Assembly (NCBI GenBank): GCA_002269645.1
Contig: NIVC01001690.1
Location: forward strand, 1 to 64,000
Direction of reading: 5' to 3'
Origin: Macrostomum lignano
Taxonomy: Eukaryota
Length of the DNA stretch: 64,000 nt
How positions within the stretch are numbered: the stretch's first letter is position 1; each line of letters begins with the position of its first letter. The notes beneath the pieces are model-generated. The model was given only the letters and a program-made list of their open reading frames with translations. It ran no database searches and was not told the origin of the DNA. This document shows, piece by piece, positions 38,726 to 59,013 of this stretch. Position numbers and translations under genes: made by a program.

Positions 38726-39653
38726 TCATAGGTAGCTGCCCTGAAAGCGCCTCCTCTTGGACACCTGCACCGGGTTGAGATGGCAGGTGCAGCAGAACAT
38801 TGAGAAGCAGGACAAAAACAACAAGAAGATGCCGATGCTGAGCAGGCCACTGGACAGGTGCATCGCGAAGCGACCTTCGTCAGCTGATTCGTCAGTTTTT
38901 CTCAGCAGAAGCACCACTCCAGGGTAGGTCAGCCCGGTGCCAACGATGAGGCAGAAGAGGCTGAACAGGTAGAACCTGCGGCCCCATTTCATCATGTTGG
39001 ACTCGCCGCTGCAGGCGCACCAGGCGGCGACGTCTTCGCGACAGAATTCGGCAAATCTTGACAGGCGCTCGCCGAACTCCACCTGGTTGAGCAGTTGGTA
39101 GAGCCGTAGGGTTTAACATGGTTTAACATGATTGCCCTTGGATTCTCGGTTGACTTGCTTCCTAAGATTCCTAAGAATCCAGGATACAGTGTACTGAGGC
39201 TTTAGATTAGGGGTGTCCACTTCTTGAGACACGGGGTGTTCACTTCTTGAGACAGGGGTGTCCACTTCTTGAGACAGGGGTGCCCACCTTTTTAGACAGG
39301 GATGTCCACCACTTCTTGAGACAGGGGTGTCCACTGCTCGAAACAGGGTGTCCACTTTTTTAGACAGAGGTGTCCAACCTTTTTAGACAGGCGTGTTCAC
39401 CTTTTTAGACAGAGATGTCCACCACTTCTTGAGACAGGGGTGTCCACTTCTTGAGACAAGGGGTGTCCACTTCTGAGACAAGGAGTGTCCATTTCTTGAG
39501 ACAAAGGGTGTCCACTGCTTGAGACAAGGGGTTGTCCAATTCTTGAGACAAGGGGTGTCCACTTGGGTGTCTGTCACCTACCTGCGAGCCTTCCAATGCG
39601 TCCTGCTGCCTCTTGGCGGCTTCAAGATTCTGCACTGTAATGTGCCAGGACAT
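38726..39653 (-). CDS. Small two-TM orphan protein, 2 exons, ~142 aa
   Basis: Exon 39653-39582 (MSWHITVQNLEAAKRQQDALEGSQ|gtaggt) joins 39082-38726 in phase 0; two hydrophobic segments FYLFSLFCLIVGTGLTYPGVVLLL and LLSIGIFLLFLSCFSMFCC. Confidence 0.6.
39200..39562. repeat. ~21-22-bp minisatellite in the intron of the 2-TM gene
   Basis: GTGTCCACTTCTTGAGACAGGG units. Confidence 0.9.
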
Positions 39654-39898
39654 TTTCTGCCCAGTTCTGAAGGACACAGTGTTCGGAATGGAAGACAAAA
39701 CGAAATTAGTTCCTAACCAGGATATCGTCAAACTTCAAGCATAAAGCTAGACTTTATACTTATTTAGAGTTTATAGATTTCAATAATTTCCCTATTTTCC
39801 ATAGACAACAAAAATTCAAAAGTCAATAGACGATTAAAGTCTGCTTTTGCTGCAGAAGCAACCGAAATATTATAGGGCGAGGATTTGCTCTGAAAGGC
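39654..39898. promoter_or_regulatory. Putative bidirectional promoter
   Basis: Predicted start codons diverge at 39653 (-) and 39899 (+), ~245 bp apart; depends on both gene models. Confidence 0.35.
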
Positions 39899-42800
39899 AT
39901 GGAGTTAAGCCGCAGAGAGGCCGGCTTGTTTAAACGGAATGATAGTTGCCACTGCAATTCTACAGGCGTGTCATCTGTCAAGGTATTTAATTCTGTCTGT
40001 TGGCTTGGCAGAAATTCACTGACTTTTCACTTTTTTCCATTGGTTAAACAGCTGAGCAATTCACCCTTAAACAACTGAGCAATTCCCCATTAAACAACTG
40101 AGCAATTCCCCCTTAAACAACTGAGCAATTCCCCATTAAACAACTGAGCAATTCCCCCTTAAACAACTGAGCAATCCCCCCTTAAACAACTGAGCAATTC
40201 CCCATTAAACAGCTGAGTAATTCCCCAATAAACAACTAAGCAATTCCCCATCAAACAGCTGAGTAATTCCCCAATAAACAACTAAGCAATTCCCCATCAA
40301 ACAGCTGAGTAATTCCCTAATAAACAACATAGCAATTCCCCATAAAACAACTGAGCAATTCCCCATTAAACAACCGAGCAATTCCCCATCAAACAGCTGA
40401 GTAATTCCCCAATAAACAACTGAGCAATTCCCCATCAAACAGCTGAGTAATTCCCCAATAAACAACTGAGCAATTCCCCATTAAACAACTGAGTAATTCC
40501 CCATTAAACAACTGAGCAATTCCCCAATAAACAACTGAGCAATTCCCCATTAAACAACTGAGTAATTCCCCATTAAACAACTGAGCAATTCCCCATTAAA
40601 CAACTGAGTAATTCCCCATTAAACAACTGAGCAATTCCCCAATAAACAATTGGGAAATTCCCCACTAAGCAACTGAGCAATTCCCCAATAAACAATTGGG
40701 AAATTCCCCACTAAGCAACTGAGCAATTCCCCAATAAACAATTGGGAAATTCCCTATTAAACAACTGAGCAATTCCCCATCAAACAGCTGAGCAATTCCC
40801 TTTTAAATGATGGAGCGATTCCCTGCTGTGTAACCATGAATAATTATCCAGGCTCTTTAATTCCCAAATCAGCCGCATCAATTGCAGGACGCAAGCGACG
40901 ACTTCTCGAGTTGGCTGAGTCAGGGAGGTTACAGCAAAATCGACAGCCTCACGGAAAGTCACAGCGACATCAAGAAAACCTGCTTGATTGACTTGACAAT
41001 GAAAATTGTAAAAAATCTCTCCGACCAACTGACGGCCACTGAGGCCACGGCGGAGGCTGCAGATTCAGATGCGACCGGCGATGGAGCTTCAGACACGGAG
41101 ACTGCGACACCGCCTCGCGTGAAGCTGCGGGTAAAGGAAAGCGACTCTGTGAGTATCTAACACCTCTGTGTAACAGGTGACACCTGTGTGTAACAGGTGA
41201 CACCTCTGTGTAACAGGTGAAACCTGTGTGTAACAGGTGACACCTCTGTGTAACAGGTGAAACCTGTGTGTAACAGGTGACACCTCTGTGTAACAGGTGA
41301 AACCTGTGTGTAACAGGTGACACCTCCGTGTAGCAGGTGAGACCCCTGTGTAACAGGTGACACCCCTGTGTAACAGATGACACCTCTGTGTAACAGGTAA
41401 CACCTCTGTGTAACATGTGACACCTCTGTGTAACATGTGACACCTCTGTGTAACATGTGACACCTCTGTGTAACAGGTGACACCTCTGTGTAACAGGTGA
41501 CACCTCTGTGTAACAGGTGACACCTCTGTGTAACATGTGACACCTCTGTGTAACATGTGACACCTCTGTGTAACATGTGACACCTCTGTGTAACAGGCAA
41601 CACCTCTGTATAACATGTGACACTTCTGTGTAATAGGTGACACCTCTGTGTAACAGGTGACACCTCTGTGTAACAGGTGACACCTCTGTGTAACATGTGA
41701 CACCTCTGTGTAACAGGCAACACCTCTGTATAACATGTGACACTTCTGTGTAACAGGTGACACCCCTGTGTAACATGTGACACCTCTGTGTAACAGGTGA
41801 CACCTCTGTGTAACAGGTAACACCTCTGTGTAACAGGTGACACCTCTGTGTAACAGGTGTTATCACTGTGTAACAGGTGACACCTCTGTGTAATAGGTGA
41901 CATCATTGTGTAACAGATAGCATCCTGTCTAATACGTGAAAAGTTTAACAGAAAAACAATCTATCTAACAGGTGACAAAATCTATACAACATGGATCCCA
42001 TCATCTGTATCCTAACCCCGACCCCCGCGGCACCCACGCAGAGGCAGAGCAAAAGCAGCAAAGCTGCTCCCAGACCCAGCGGTCGGTCCTGCCTCATCAA
42101 AGTAACTGTGGCCAGCCATCCAGCCTCCTTGAGCAGCCCGCTGCAGCGGCGCAGGGCGACCAACACGGGAAGTCGAATATCGTTTTCTGAACCGCTGCGA
42201 GCACTGGACACCGCCTCAGAGAGCGAAGAGCAAAGTCTCAATTATTCCAGCACCGAGTCCACGGATACTTCCGGGGATGTTCCTGATGGTTCAGAGGTAG
42301 CTCTGCGGCCTTTCGACCTTCTATCTTAACCTTAATCTCAGTCTCAATCTCAATCTCAACCACAATTTCAATCTCAGTCTCAATCTCAATCTCAATCTCA
42401 GTCTCAATCTCAATCTCAATCTCAATCTCAATCTCAGTCTCAATCTCAGTCTCAATCTCAATCTCAGTCTCAATCTCAATATGGACTTGCAATCCGTTCT
42501 TTTCCAGTCGCTTAGTCCAACACGAAGCTTCGGCACCAGCCGACATCTCGGCCGTCGGTGCAGCACAGATGATGAAGAATGCACCCAGTCAGCATCCACA
42601 GAGTCTGTCAGCATTGTCAAGCAGAGTCGGCAAGCTTCTAGAAGGCGGCAAACAGACAGGAGCGGAAACAACGTCAACAACACGGACAACGCGCCTCTGG
42701 TGTCCGGCGACACCAAGGATTCTTCGAAGGTGACGAAGATTCTTCCTTCGGTGGCTGTGACCGCAGCTGGAGACGCAGCTGGGCTGAAGGCGAGTCAGCC

Positions 42801-45800
42801 GTGTGAGCAGATCAAAAAGTCGTGCCTGATGCCAGAGCCGTCTCTGCGTTTGCTTCAGCAACAGAAGCAGCAAGAGCAGCAGCAGCAACAGTTATTTACT
42901 CGCAGTGGTTAAGTATCACGATATTAATACTGATAATAAAAACTGCAGGAGGATTATGGCTTGTAATCAACAGGCATCAAGCCAAGCCAAGCCAAGCCCC
43001 CAATGAATGTAGGGCCGCGCACGAAACGAACCAGGGGTCGTGGCATGAGAGTCGTGGCACCAGTTTATTTCTCAGTAACCCATTTTCCTTCTTAGAAATC
43101 TAGTTTCTTCTCTTAGAAACTCATTTTTCTTCTTAGAAACCCAATTTCTTTTCTTGGAAACCCAGTTTATTTTCTTAGAAACCCAGTTTCTTTTCTTGGA
43201 AATCCAGTTTATTTTCTTAGAAACCCCGTTTCTACTTAGAAACCTAGTTTCTTCCTTAGAAACCCAGTTTCTTTCTTAGAAACCCAGTCTCCTTCTTAGA
43301 AACCCAGTTTCTTTCCTAGAAACCCCGTTTCTTCTTAGAAACCCCGTTTCTTCTTAGAAACCCAGTTTCTTTCTTAGAAACAACTCTTTCTTGGAAACCC
43401 AGTTTCTTTTCTTGGAAACCCAGTTTATTTTCTTAGAAACCCCGTTTCTACTTAGAAACCCAGTTTCTTTCTTAGAAACCCAGTTTCCTTCTTAGAAACC
43501 CAGTTTCTTTCTTAGAAACCCAGTTTCCTTCTTAGAAACCCAGTTTCCTTCTTAGAAACCCAGTTTCCTTCTTAGAAACCCAGTTTCTTTTTTAGAAACC
43601 CAATTTCCTTCTTAGAAACCCAGTTTCTTGCTTAGAAACCCAGTTTCTATCTTAGAAACCCAGTTTTTTTCTTAGAAACCCAGTTTCCTTCTTAGAAACC
43701 CAGTTTCTTTCTTAGAAACCCAGTTTCCTTCTTAGAAACCCAGTTTCCTTCTTAGAAACCCAGTTTCTTTCTTAGAAACCCAGTTTCCTTTTTAGAAACC
43801 CAGTTTCTTTCTTAGAAACCCAGTTTCCTTCTTAGAAACCCAGTTTCTTTCTTAGAAACCCAGTTTCCTTCTTAGAAACCCAGTTTCTTTCTTAGAAACC
43901 CAGTTTCTTTCTTAGAAACCCAGTTTCCTTCTTAGAAACCCAGTTTCTTTCTTAGAAACCCAGTTTCCTTCTTAGAAACCCAGTTTCTTTCTTAGAAACC
44001 CAGTTTCTTTCTTAGAAACCCAGTTTCTTTCTTAGAAACCCAGTTTCCTTCTTAGAAACCCAGTTTCTTTCTTAGAAACAAAGTTTCTTTTCTCAGAAAC
44101 GCAGTATTTCTTAGAATTCCGGTTTAATTCCAGGAAGCTTAAAGTTCACTAAAAAGTTCTGCTTGTTTTTACAAGTCATCAAAAATATTTTGACGTTTTC
44201 CAATCCCCTTTCACTCCCCTCTTTACTCTTTAATTATTCTCGCAAGCCTTCGGCCTGTCCTCCTTTTACTCACCGCGCCTCACCGCGCCCATTAACCCGA
44301 AATCTTCCCAATCAGCAGCCGAGTCCAGCAAAGACAGCGAAGGCTACTCATACAACACAGTTTCAACTCATTGCATCGAGCCCTGGCTGCCGGACCTCGA
44401 AGCGGCAGGAACCCTGGACGGTTTTTGCTGCGCAGACTTCATCTCAGCCGCGGTGCCAGCATCCGGCGCGGCAGGTCCCCGTAGACAGGTGGAGCAGCTC
44501 CACACGACAACAACTCAGTCGGCGACTCCGTCAGACTCGTCCACAGTGATGGATTCTGGCGAGGTGGATGAAACGGCAGCCTGGGACCAGCTGGTGTTCC
44601 AGTCTCAGTTGAGCAGATTGAGAAAGCAAATCTACGGAGACAATGGTTGGTCCTCGACTGACAGAAAACCAGCTTTGATGATGCCGAAATTTCCTGCTGA
44701 GAGCATCGACAGACAGCTGGGCTCAGTTGACAGTGCCGGCAAAACTCACGGGTGAGTTCAGTATTACCGTGAGAATCACTAGCCCTATCCCCGGGGTCTG
44801 TCCACAGCATGTCCATCCTTAGCACTCCTTGATGTAAGCAGCCCTGTCCATCTTTAGCACTCCTTGATCTACCGTAAGTAGCCCTGTCCATCTTTAGCAC
44901 TCCTTGATCTAAGTAGCCCTATCTTTCCTTAGCAATCCTTGATCTAAGTAGCCCTATCTTTCCTTAGCAATCCTTGATCTAAGTAGCCATGTCCATCCTT
45001 AGCACTCCTTGATCTAAGTAGCCATGTCCATCCTTAGCACTCCTTGATCTAAGTAGCCATGTCCATCCTTAGCACTCCTTGATCTAAGTAGCCATGTCCA
45101 TCCTTAGCACTCCTTGATCTAAGTAGCCATGTCCATCCTTAGCACTCCTTGATCTAAGTAGCCATGTCCATCCTTAGCACTCCTTGATCTAAGTAGCCAT
45201 GTCCATCCTTAGCACTCCTTGATCCGTAAGAAGCCATGTCCATCCTTAGCACTCCTTGATCTACCGTAAGTAGCCTGTCCATCCTTAGCTCTCCGTGATC
45301 TAAGTAGCCCTGTCTATTCTTAGCCTTTCAGCGGCAGCATCAGCCTCCGCATCGGATGAAGCGCCGGCATCGGATCAGCTGATTCTCCAGTCTCAATTGA
45401 GCAGCCTGAGAAACCAACTCTATGGCGACTCCGAACGGGTGCTCAATCCACCCCCAGTTTTCTGGAAGAGTCGGAAGCAAAAGCAGAAAATGCCGAAGTT
45501 TTCACCCCAAGAAGTCCAGGAGCAGCAGGCTAAAGTCAATAGTCCAGCACACTCGGGGTGAGCTGAGGAGCTATCAGAGTTGGCCAGCGTTACAAAAAAT
45601 AATCTCCGTTAGTGGTAAAAGCGTTGAAATGAAAAAAAGAAACTTTTTTGCAGCCAATTCCGTTGAAAATGAAAAAACTGAAGTTTGACAAAAAGCGTTG
45701 ATCCGTTACTCCTCTCTCCCTCTCTCTCCCCCTCTCTCTCCCCCTCTCTCTCCCCCTCTCCCTCTTCCCTCTCCCCCCTCTCTCTCCCCCTCTCCTCCCT

Positions 45801-46672
45801 CTCTCTCCCCCTCTCTCTCTTCCCTCTCCCCCTCTCTCTCCCCCTCTCCTCCCTCTCTCTCCCCCTCTCTCTCTTCCCTCTCCCCCCTCTCCTCCCCTCT
45901 CTCCTCCCCCCTCTCCTCCTCTCTCCCTCCCTCTCTCCCTCTCTCCTACTGCAGCTAATATATCCAACCCACTGGATGCCCATGCACTGGGCACCAGGTA
46001 CCCCAACCAAGTAGCCGGTACTGGTAGTACATCTATTTAATTATTTTTGCCCAAAAAATCTCAATTTAAAATAACGGCTTTCAAAGAAAGGTAAGCTAAC
46101 AATTTCTAAAACTATTGCTGTCAGTAGGAGAAAAAGTGTAAAAAATCCGGTAAAAAAGCTGTGCAGAAATCGTAAAAACCACTAGGAACCTCAAAAATTA
46201 ATGTCATTTCCGTGCGTAGAATAACGAACCCACGGACATATTTTCCCAATTCTCATCCTCCAGGGAGCCATCGGCAACGAAAGTCAAACAGGGCGTCTCA
46301 GCCTCTCTGATGAAGCCGAGGATTTTCAAGAAAGCCCGAGCAGTTCAAAGCCTGGTGCCTCTGCCGCGTCCGTCAAAGAAGCAGGCGTCGTCTGCGGCTT
46401 GTAAAAAGCAGAAATCAGAACAGCCGAAGTTGCAGAAACTGCGGCAGCAGAAAGAAAAGCAAAAGCAAGCTGAGCCGCAGCAGCAGAAGAAGAAAACTGT
46501 CAAAAAGAGAGGCGCAGCCAAGAAGCAGCCAGCAACTTCGAGTCTGTCGGCCATCGAAGTCGCATCCCGGCCGAAGGCCTCAACTGCGTTGAGTGCAACT
46601 ACTAAAGCAAGTAGTGTTAAGCGCGCATCTGGCACTAAATTTGTGACATTTTCCAGGCCTGTTTACATGTGA
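39899..46672 (+). CDS. Orphan low-complexity protein, 7 exons, ~680 aa, duplicated helical motif and Lys-rich tail; one apparent +1 frameshift
   Basis: Exons 39899-39982, 40873-41148, 41972-42296, 42508-42907, 44436-44751, 45324-45557, 46264-46672 are phase-compatible GT-AG if one T is removed at 42183-42186; S/Q/A/E-rich, polyQ, KKQKSEQPK...KKRGAAKK tail. Confidence 0.6.
40045..40800. repeat. 23-bp minisatellite (intron 1 of orphan gene)
   Basis: AAACAACTGAGCAATTCCCCATT units. Confidence 0.95.
41160..41915. repeat. 20-bp minisatellite (intron 2 of orphan gene)
   Basis: CACCTCTGTGTAACAGGTGA units. Confidence 0.95.
42335..42480. repeat. (ATCTCA)n hexamer repeat (intron 3)
   Basis: ATCTCA/GTCTCA array. 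Confidence 0.9.
43065..44085. repeat. 20-bp minisatellite, ~50 copies (intron 4)
   Basis: CTTAGAAACCCAGTTTC(T/C)TT units. Confidence 0.95.
44805..45315. repeat. 35-bp minisatellite (intron 5)
   Basis: CATCCTTAGCACTCCTTGATCTAAGTAGCCATGTC units. Confidence 0.95.
45710..45948. repeat. CT-rich low-complexity tract (intron 6)
   Basis: CTCTCCCC/CTCT array. Confidence 0.9.
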
Positions 46673-47084
46673 GCTCGAGTGCAGTATTTATTACTAAAGT
46701 CAGTCTTGAAAATATCTGTGCCCGATGCGTTTTGTTACTATTAATTATATCCAAACTATTAATAAATACAATAGGCAAGTCTGTGCCCTGGTGTGTCTGT
46801 CAGCTCGTACTCAGTTTCATATTTTCAAAAGTTATCCACCTTTTAACGCTATAAGCAATGAAAAGGGTAACTTTTAAAAATATATAATTTGATTACAAAA
46901 TGGGGTATTTTTAAACACTAAATAAGTAGATTTAGAGTAGCACTCAGTCTCTTGCAATTCATGTCTTGCTTCACGTGAAACTATTTGATTTAATTGAGTG
47001 CAAACCCGACGCATTATTGGTTTATCAATGTCTTCTGTGATTGCTGGTCTGTCACCCAGCTAGCCAGATATGTACGCTCTGGAT

Positions 47085-48055
47085 GGCTTCACTATACCTT
47101 ATCTCGTATGTACACCCAGAATGACTCACTACCGCCGTATCTTCCACACTTTGCACACGATAACTAACTAGCCAGATGGATATGTACATCCAGAATGACT
47201 CACTACCGCCGTATCTCCCACATTTTGCACACGATAACTAACTAGCCAGATGGATATGTACATCCAGGATGACTCCCTACCGCCGTATCTTCCACACTTT
47301 GCACACGATAACTAACTAGCCAGATGGATATGTACATCCAGGATGACTCCCTACCGCCGTATCTCCCACATTTTGCACACGATAACTAACTAGCCAGATG
47401 GATATGTACATCCAGGATGACTCCCTACCGCCGTATCTCCCACATTTTGCACACGATAACTAACTAGCCAGATGGATATGTACATCCAGAATGACTCACT
47501 ACCGCCGTATCTTCCACACTTTGCACACGATAACTAACTAGCCAGATGGATATGTACATCCAGGATGACTCCCTACCGCCGTATCTTCCACACTTTGCAC
47601 ACGATAACTAACTAGCCAGATGGATATGTACATCCAGGATGACTCCCTACCGCCGTATCTCCCAAATTTTGCACACGATAACTAACTAGCCAGATGGATA
47701 TGTACATCCAGGATGACTCCCTACCGCCGTATCTCCCACATTTTGCACACGATAACTAACTAGCCAGATGGATATGTACATCCAGAATGACTCACTACCG
47801 CCGTATCTTCCACACTTTGCACACGATAACTAACTAGCCAGCCGGATATGTACATCCAGAATGACTCACTACCGCCGTATCTTCCACACTTTGCACACGA
47901 TAACTAACTAGCCAGATGGATATGTACACCCAGGATGACTCACTACCGCCGTATCTTCCACACTTTGCAAACGATAACTAACTAGCCAGATGGATATGTA
48001 CACCCAGGATGACTCACTACCGCCGCATCTTCCACTCCACACGCGATAACTATGT
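47085..48055. repeat. 74-bp tandem repeat, ~13 copies
   Basis: GATAACTAACTAGCCAGATGGATATGTACATCCAG...TTTGCACAC; period 74 (47159, 47233, ...). Confidence 0.95.
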
Positions 48056-49107
48056 ACAACCATGATGACTCACTACACTAACAATGACCACTCGATGTAA
48101 AATGAAATTTACTTTTCATCTAATGAAAATTGCTCATTTAGATATGAACAGGAAGAGACCGCGGTTCAGTCGCCCAACCTGCAAGTTTGAAAGTTCATTT
48201 TCGTTTTAAGAACACGTTGATATGCGTATATATGTATGTACACATATACACATAAGAGCTGATCAAGTGCTCACAAATATCTGCGCACTGACTGCCTCGC
48301 ACCGTTCTACCTCGCAGAGGCCGCTTCTTACCCAAAGTGGCCGTTCACGGCTGAGTGAACTCGCCTCAATGGCCTCTGAGCTTCCATTTCTCTCTAGCAA
48401 AAACTACTCGTATTGCTGGATTTGTATCTTCTCTGCCCAGCTCGCAGCCACGTGAACGGCGGAGAGTCCCAGCGGCAGACGTCACAATGAGAGAAGCGCA
48501 AAAGAATTAAATGGAATATTTGGCCCTCAAGGTGAAATACTAAATACTATTTGGATGGAGAATAGCGTTTAATTGCTCAAAGCGATGCCAACTGTAAGTT
48601 TTGCATACTTGCCTGCCTATTGTGTCCCTGCCCCGTTGCCCACGCAGGCAAGATTCAATTCATGGATTTCATGAATTTGTTCAATTAATGGTTGGACTCA
48701 CTTGCCCCTTACTCTGCCTTCTCCAGCAAATGCCCTCAAGGTTTATTATGAAGACTTCTAACAACATAGCAGCATCTGAGACATCTGACGTCTTTGCATT
48801 CATTCTCTTACACTAAAAAGTTAAAGCAGCCACCGCTGCCGAGGCGAGGGTAGGGGAGCAGTGGACGGCGCTATTTAAAAAAGCAAAGCAACACGCCTGA
48901 CCACCTGCCGGTTTGCTACTCTCCAAACAGAAGCAAGCAAATAAGGCTCTCGCACCCGCGCGAGCACAAAATCGAGCCATATGGAGCGAAAAAACCGACG
49001 CGACCTTGGAGACAGTAAGTTCTAACGCGACTCGGGTTTCTTTTAGAGCTGACATCTTATACTCCGTATAGTCAATCAGTCTGAAAGTGCGTCACATCTG
49101 ACCATGC

Positions 49108-57900
<8,793 letters not shown>

Positions 57901-58479
57901 CTAAGCCGAACTAAGCTAAGATTCGATTTCGGATTAAAACAAAACACACCAACTATCGATTGAGTAATTAACAAAATTCTGTTTTTTTTACATTCATTAT
58001 TCATACATGTACTTCTAGTAACATACCAATATACACATTTTTCCTAAACTGCCCCAATTTTTACAATACTGCTAGAAATTATGTTAATCGTTAAGAACAT
58101 TTTTATTTACATTAAATACTCGTACTTCTGCCTTGTTAGTCCTAATGCATGACACGTAATCTTTATCGTAAATTCTTTAGTTTGCTGGTATCAGTATTTA
58201 CTAGGTTAATAGGACTGTTTTGATATTATTCTTCAATCCTTTAGTAAGTATTTAGCTATGCTACCCACTCAAAAAGTAATAAAATTTATTTATAATAAAT
58301 AAATAAATAAAATAATTTTTGAAATGAAAAATGTTGCTTTATTTCTGTAGTCTTTCTGTTTTTGTTTTATTCGAACGTTCAGCTGTAGTAGACAATCAAT
58401 TCTGTTTGCCCTAAAAATCAAGTAGTAAAAGTACATTTACAGTAGAAAGGGTTAGAAAGAGAGGGTTAGCTTAATCTGT

Positions 58480-58870
58480 CAGCCAACCAGAGCCGGAGAA
58501 TCGAAGCAGAGAGAGAAAGGGACAGTGACGAAATGAGCTGCCCCACCCCTGCGCCAGCCAACCAGAGACGGAGAATCGAAGCAGAGAGAGAAAGGGACAG
58601 TGACGAAATGAGCTGCCCCACCCCTGCGCCAGCCAACCAGAGACGGAGAATCGAAGCAGAGAGAGAGAAAGGGACAGTGACGAAATGAGCTGCCCCACCC
58701 CTGCGCCAGCCAACCAGAGACGGAGAATCGAAGCAGAGAGAGAAAGGGACAGTGAAGAAATGAGCCGCCCACCCCTGCGCCAGCCAACCAGAGACGGAGA
58801 ATCGAGGCAGAGAGAGAAAAGGGACGGTGACGAAATGAGCCTGCGCCAGTCAATCAGAGACGGAGAAGCG
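58480..58870. repeat. ~75-bp tandem repeat, ~5 copies
   Basis: CAGAGACGGAGAATCGAAGCAGAGAGAGAAAGGGACAGTGACGAAATGAGCTGCCCC... units. Confidence 0.9.
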
Positions 58871-59013
58871 AGGTAAAGAAAGAATTTAAAAGATGACGTA
58901 GTGTTTATAAAGCATTTTAACGACGTCATTTGGCTGAGTTGCGTATAAAACCGTTCATTAACACCACACTGTTATTTAAATTAAATACATTAATCAAATC
59001 TGCAGTAAACATT

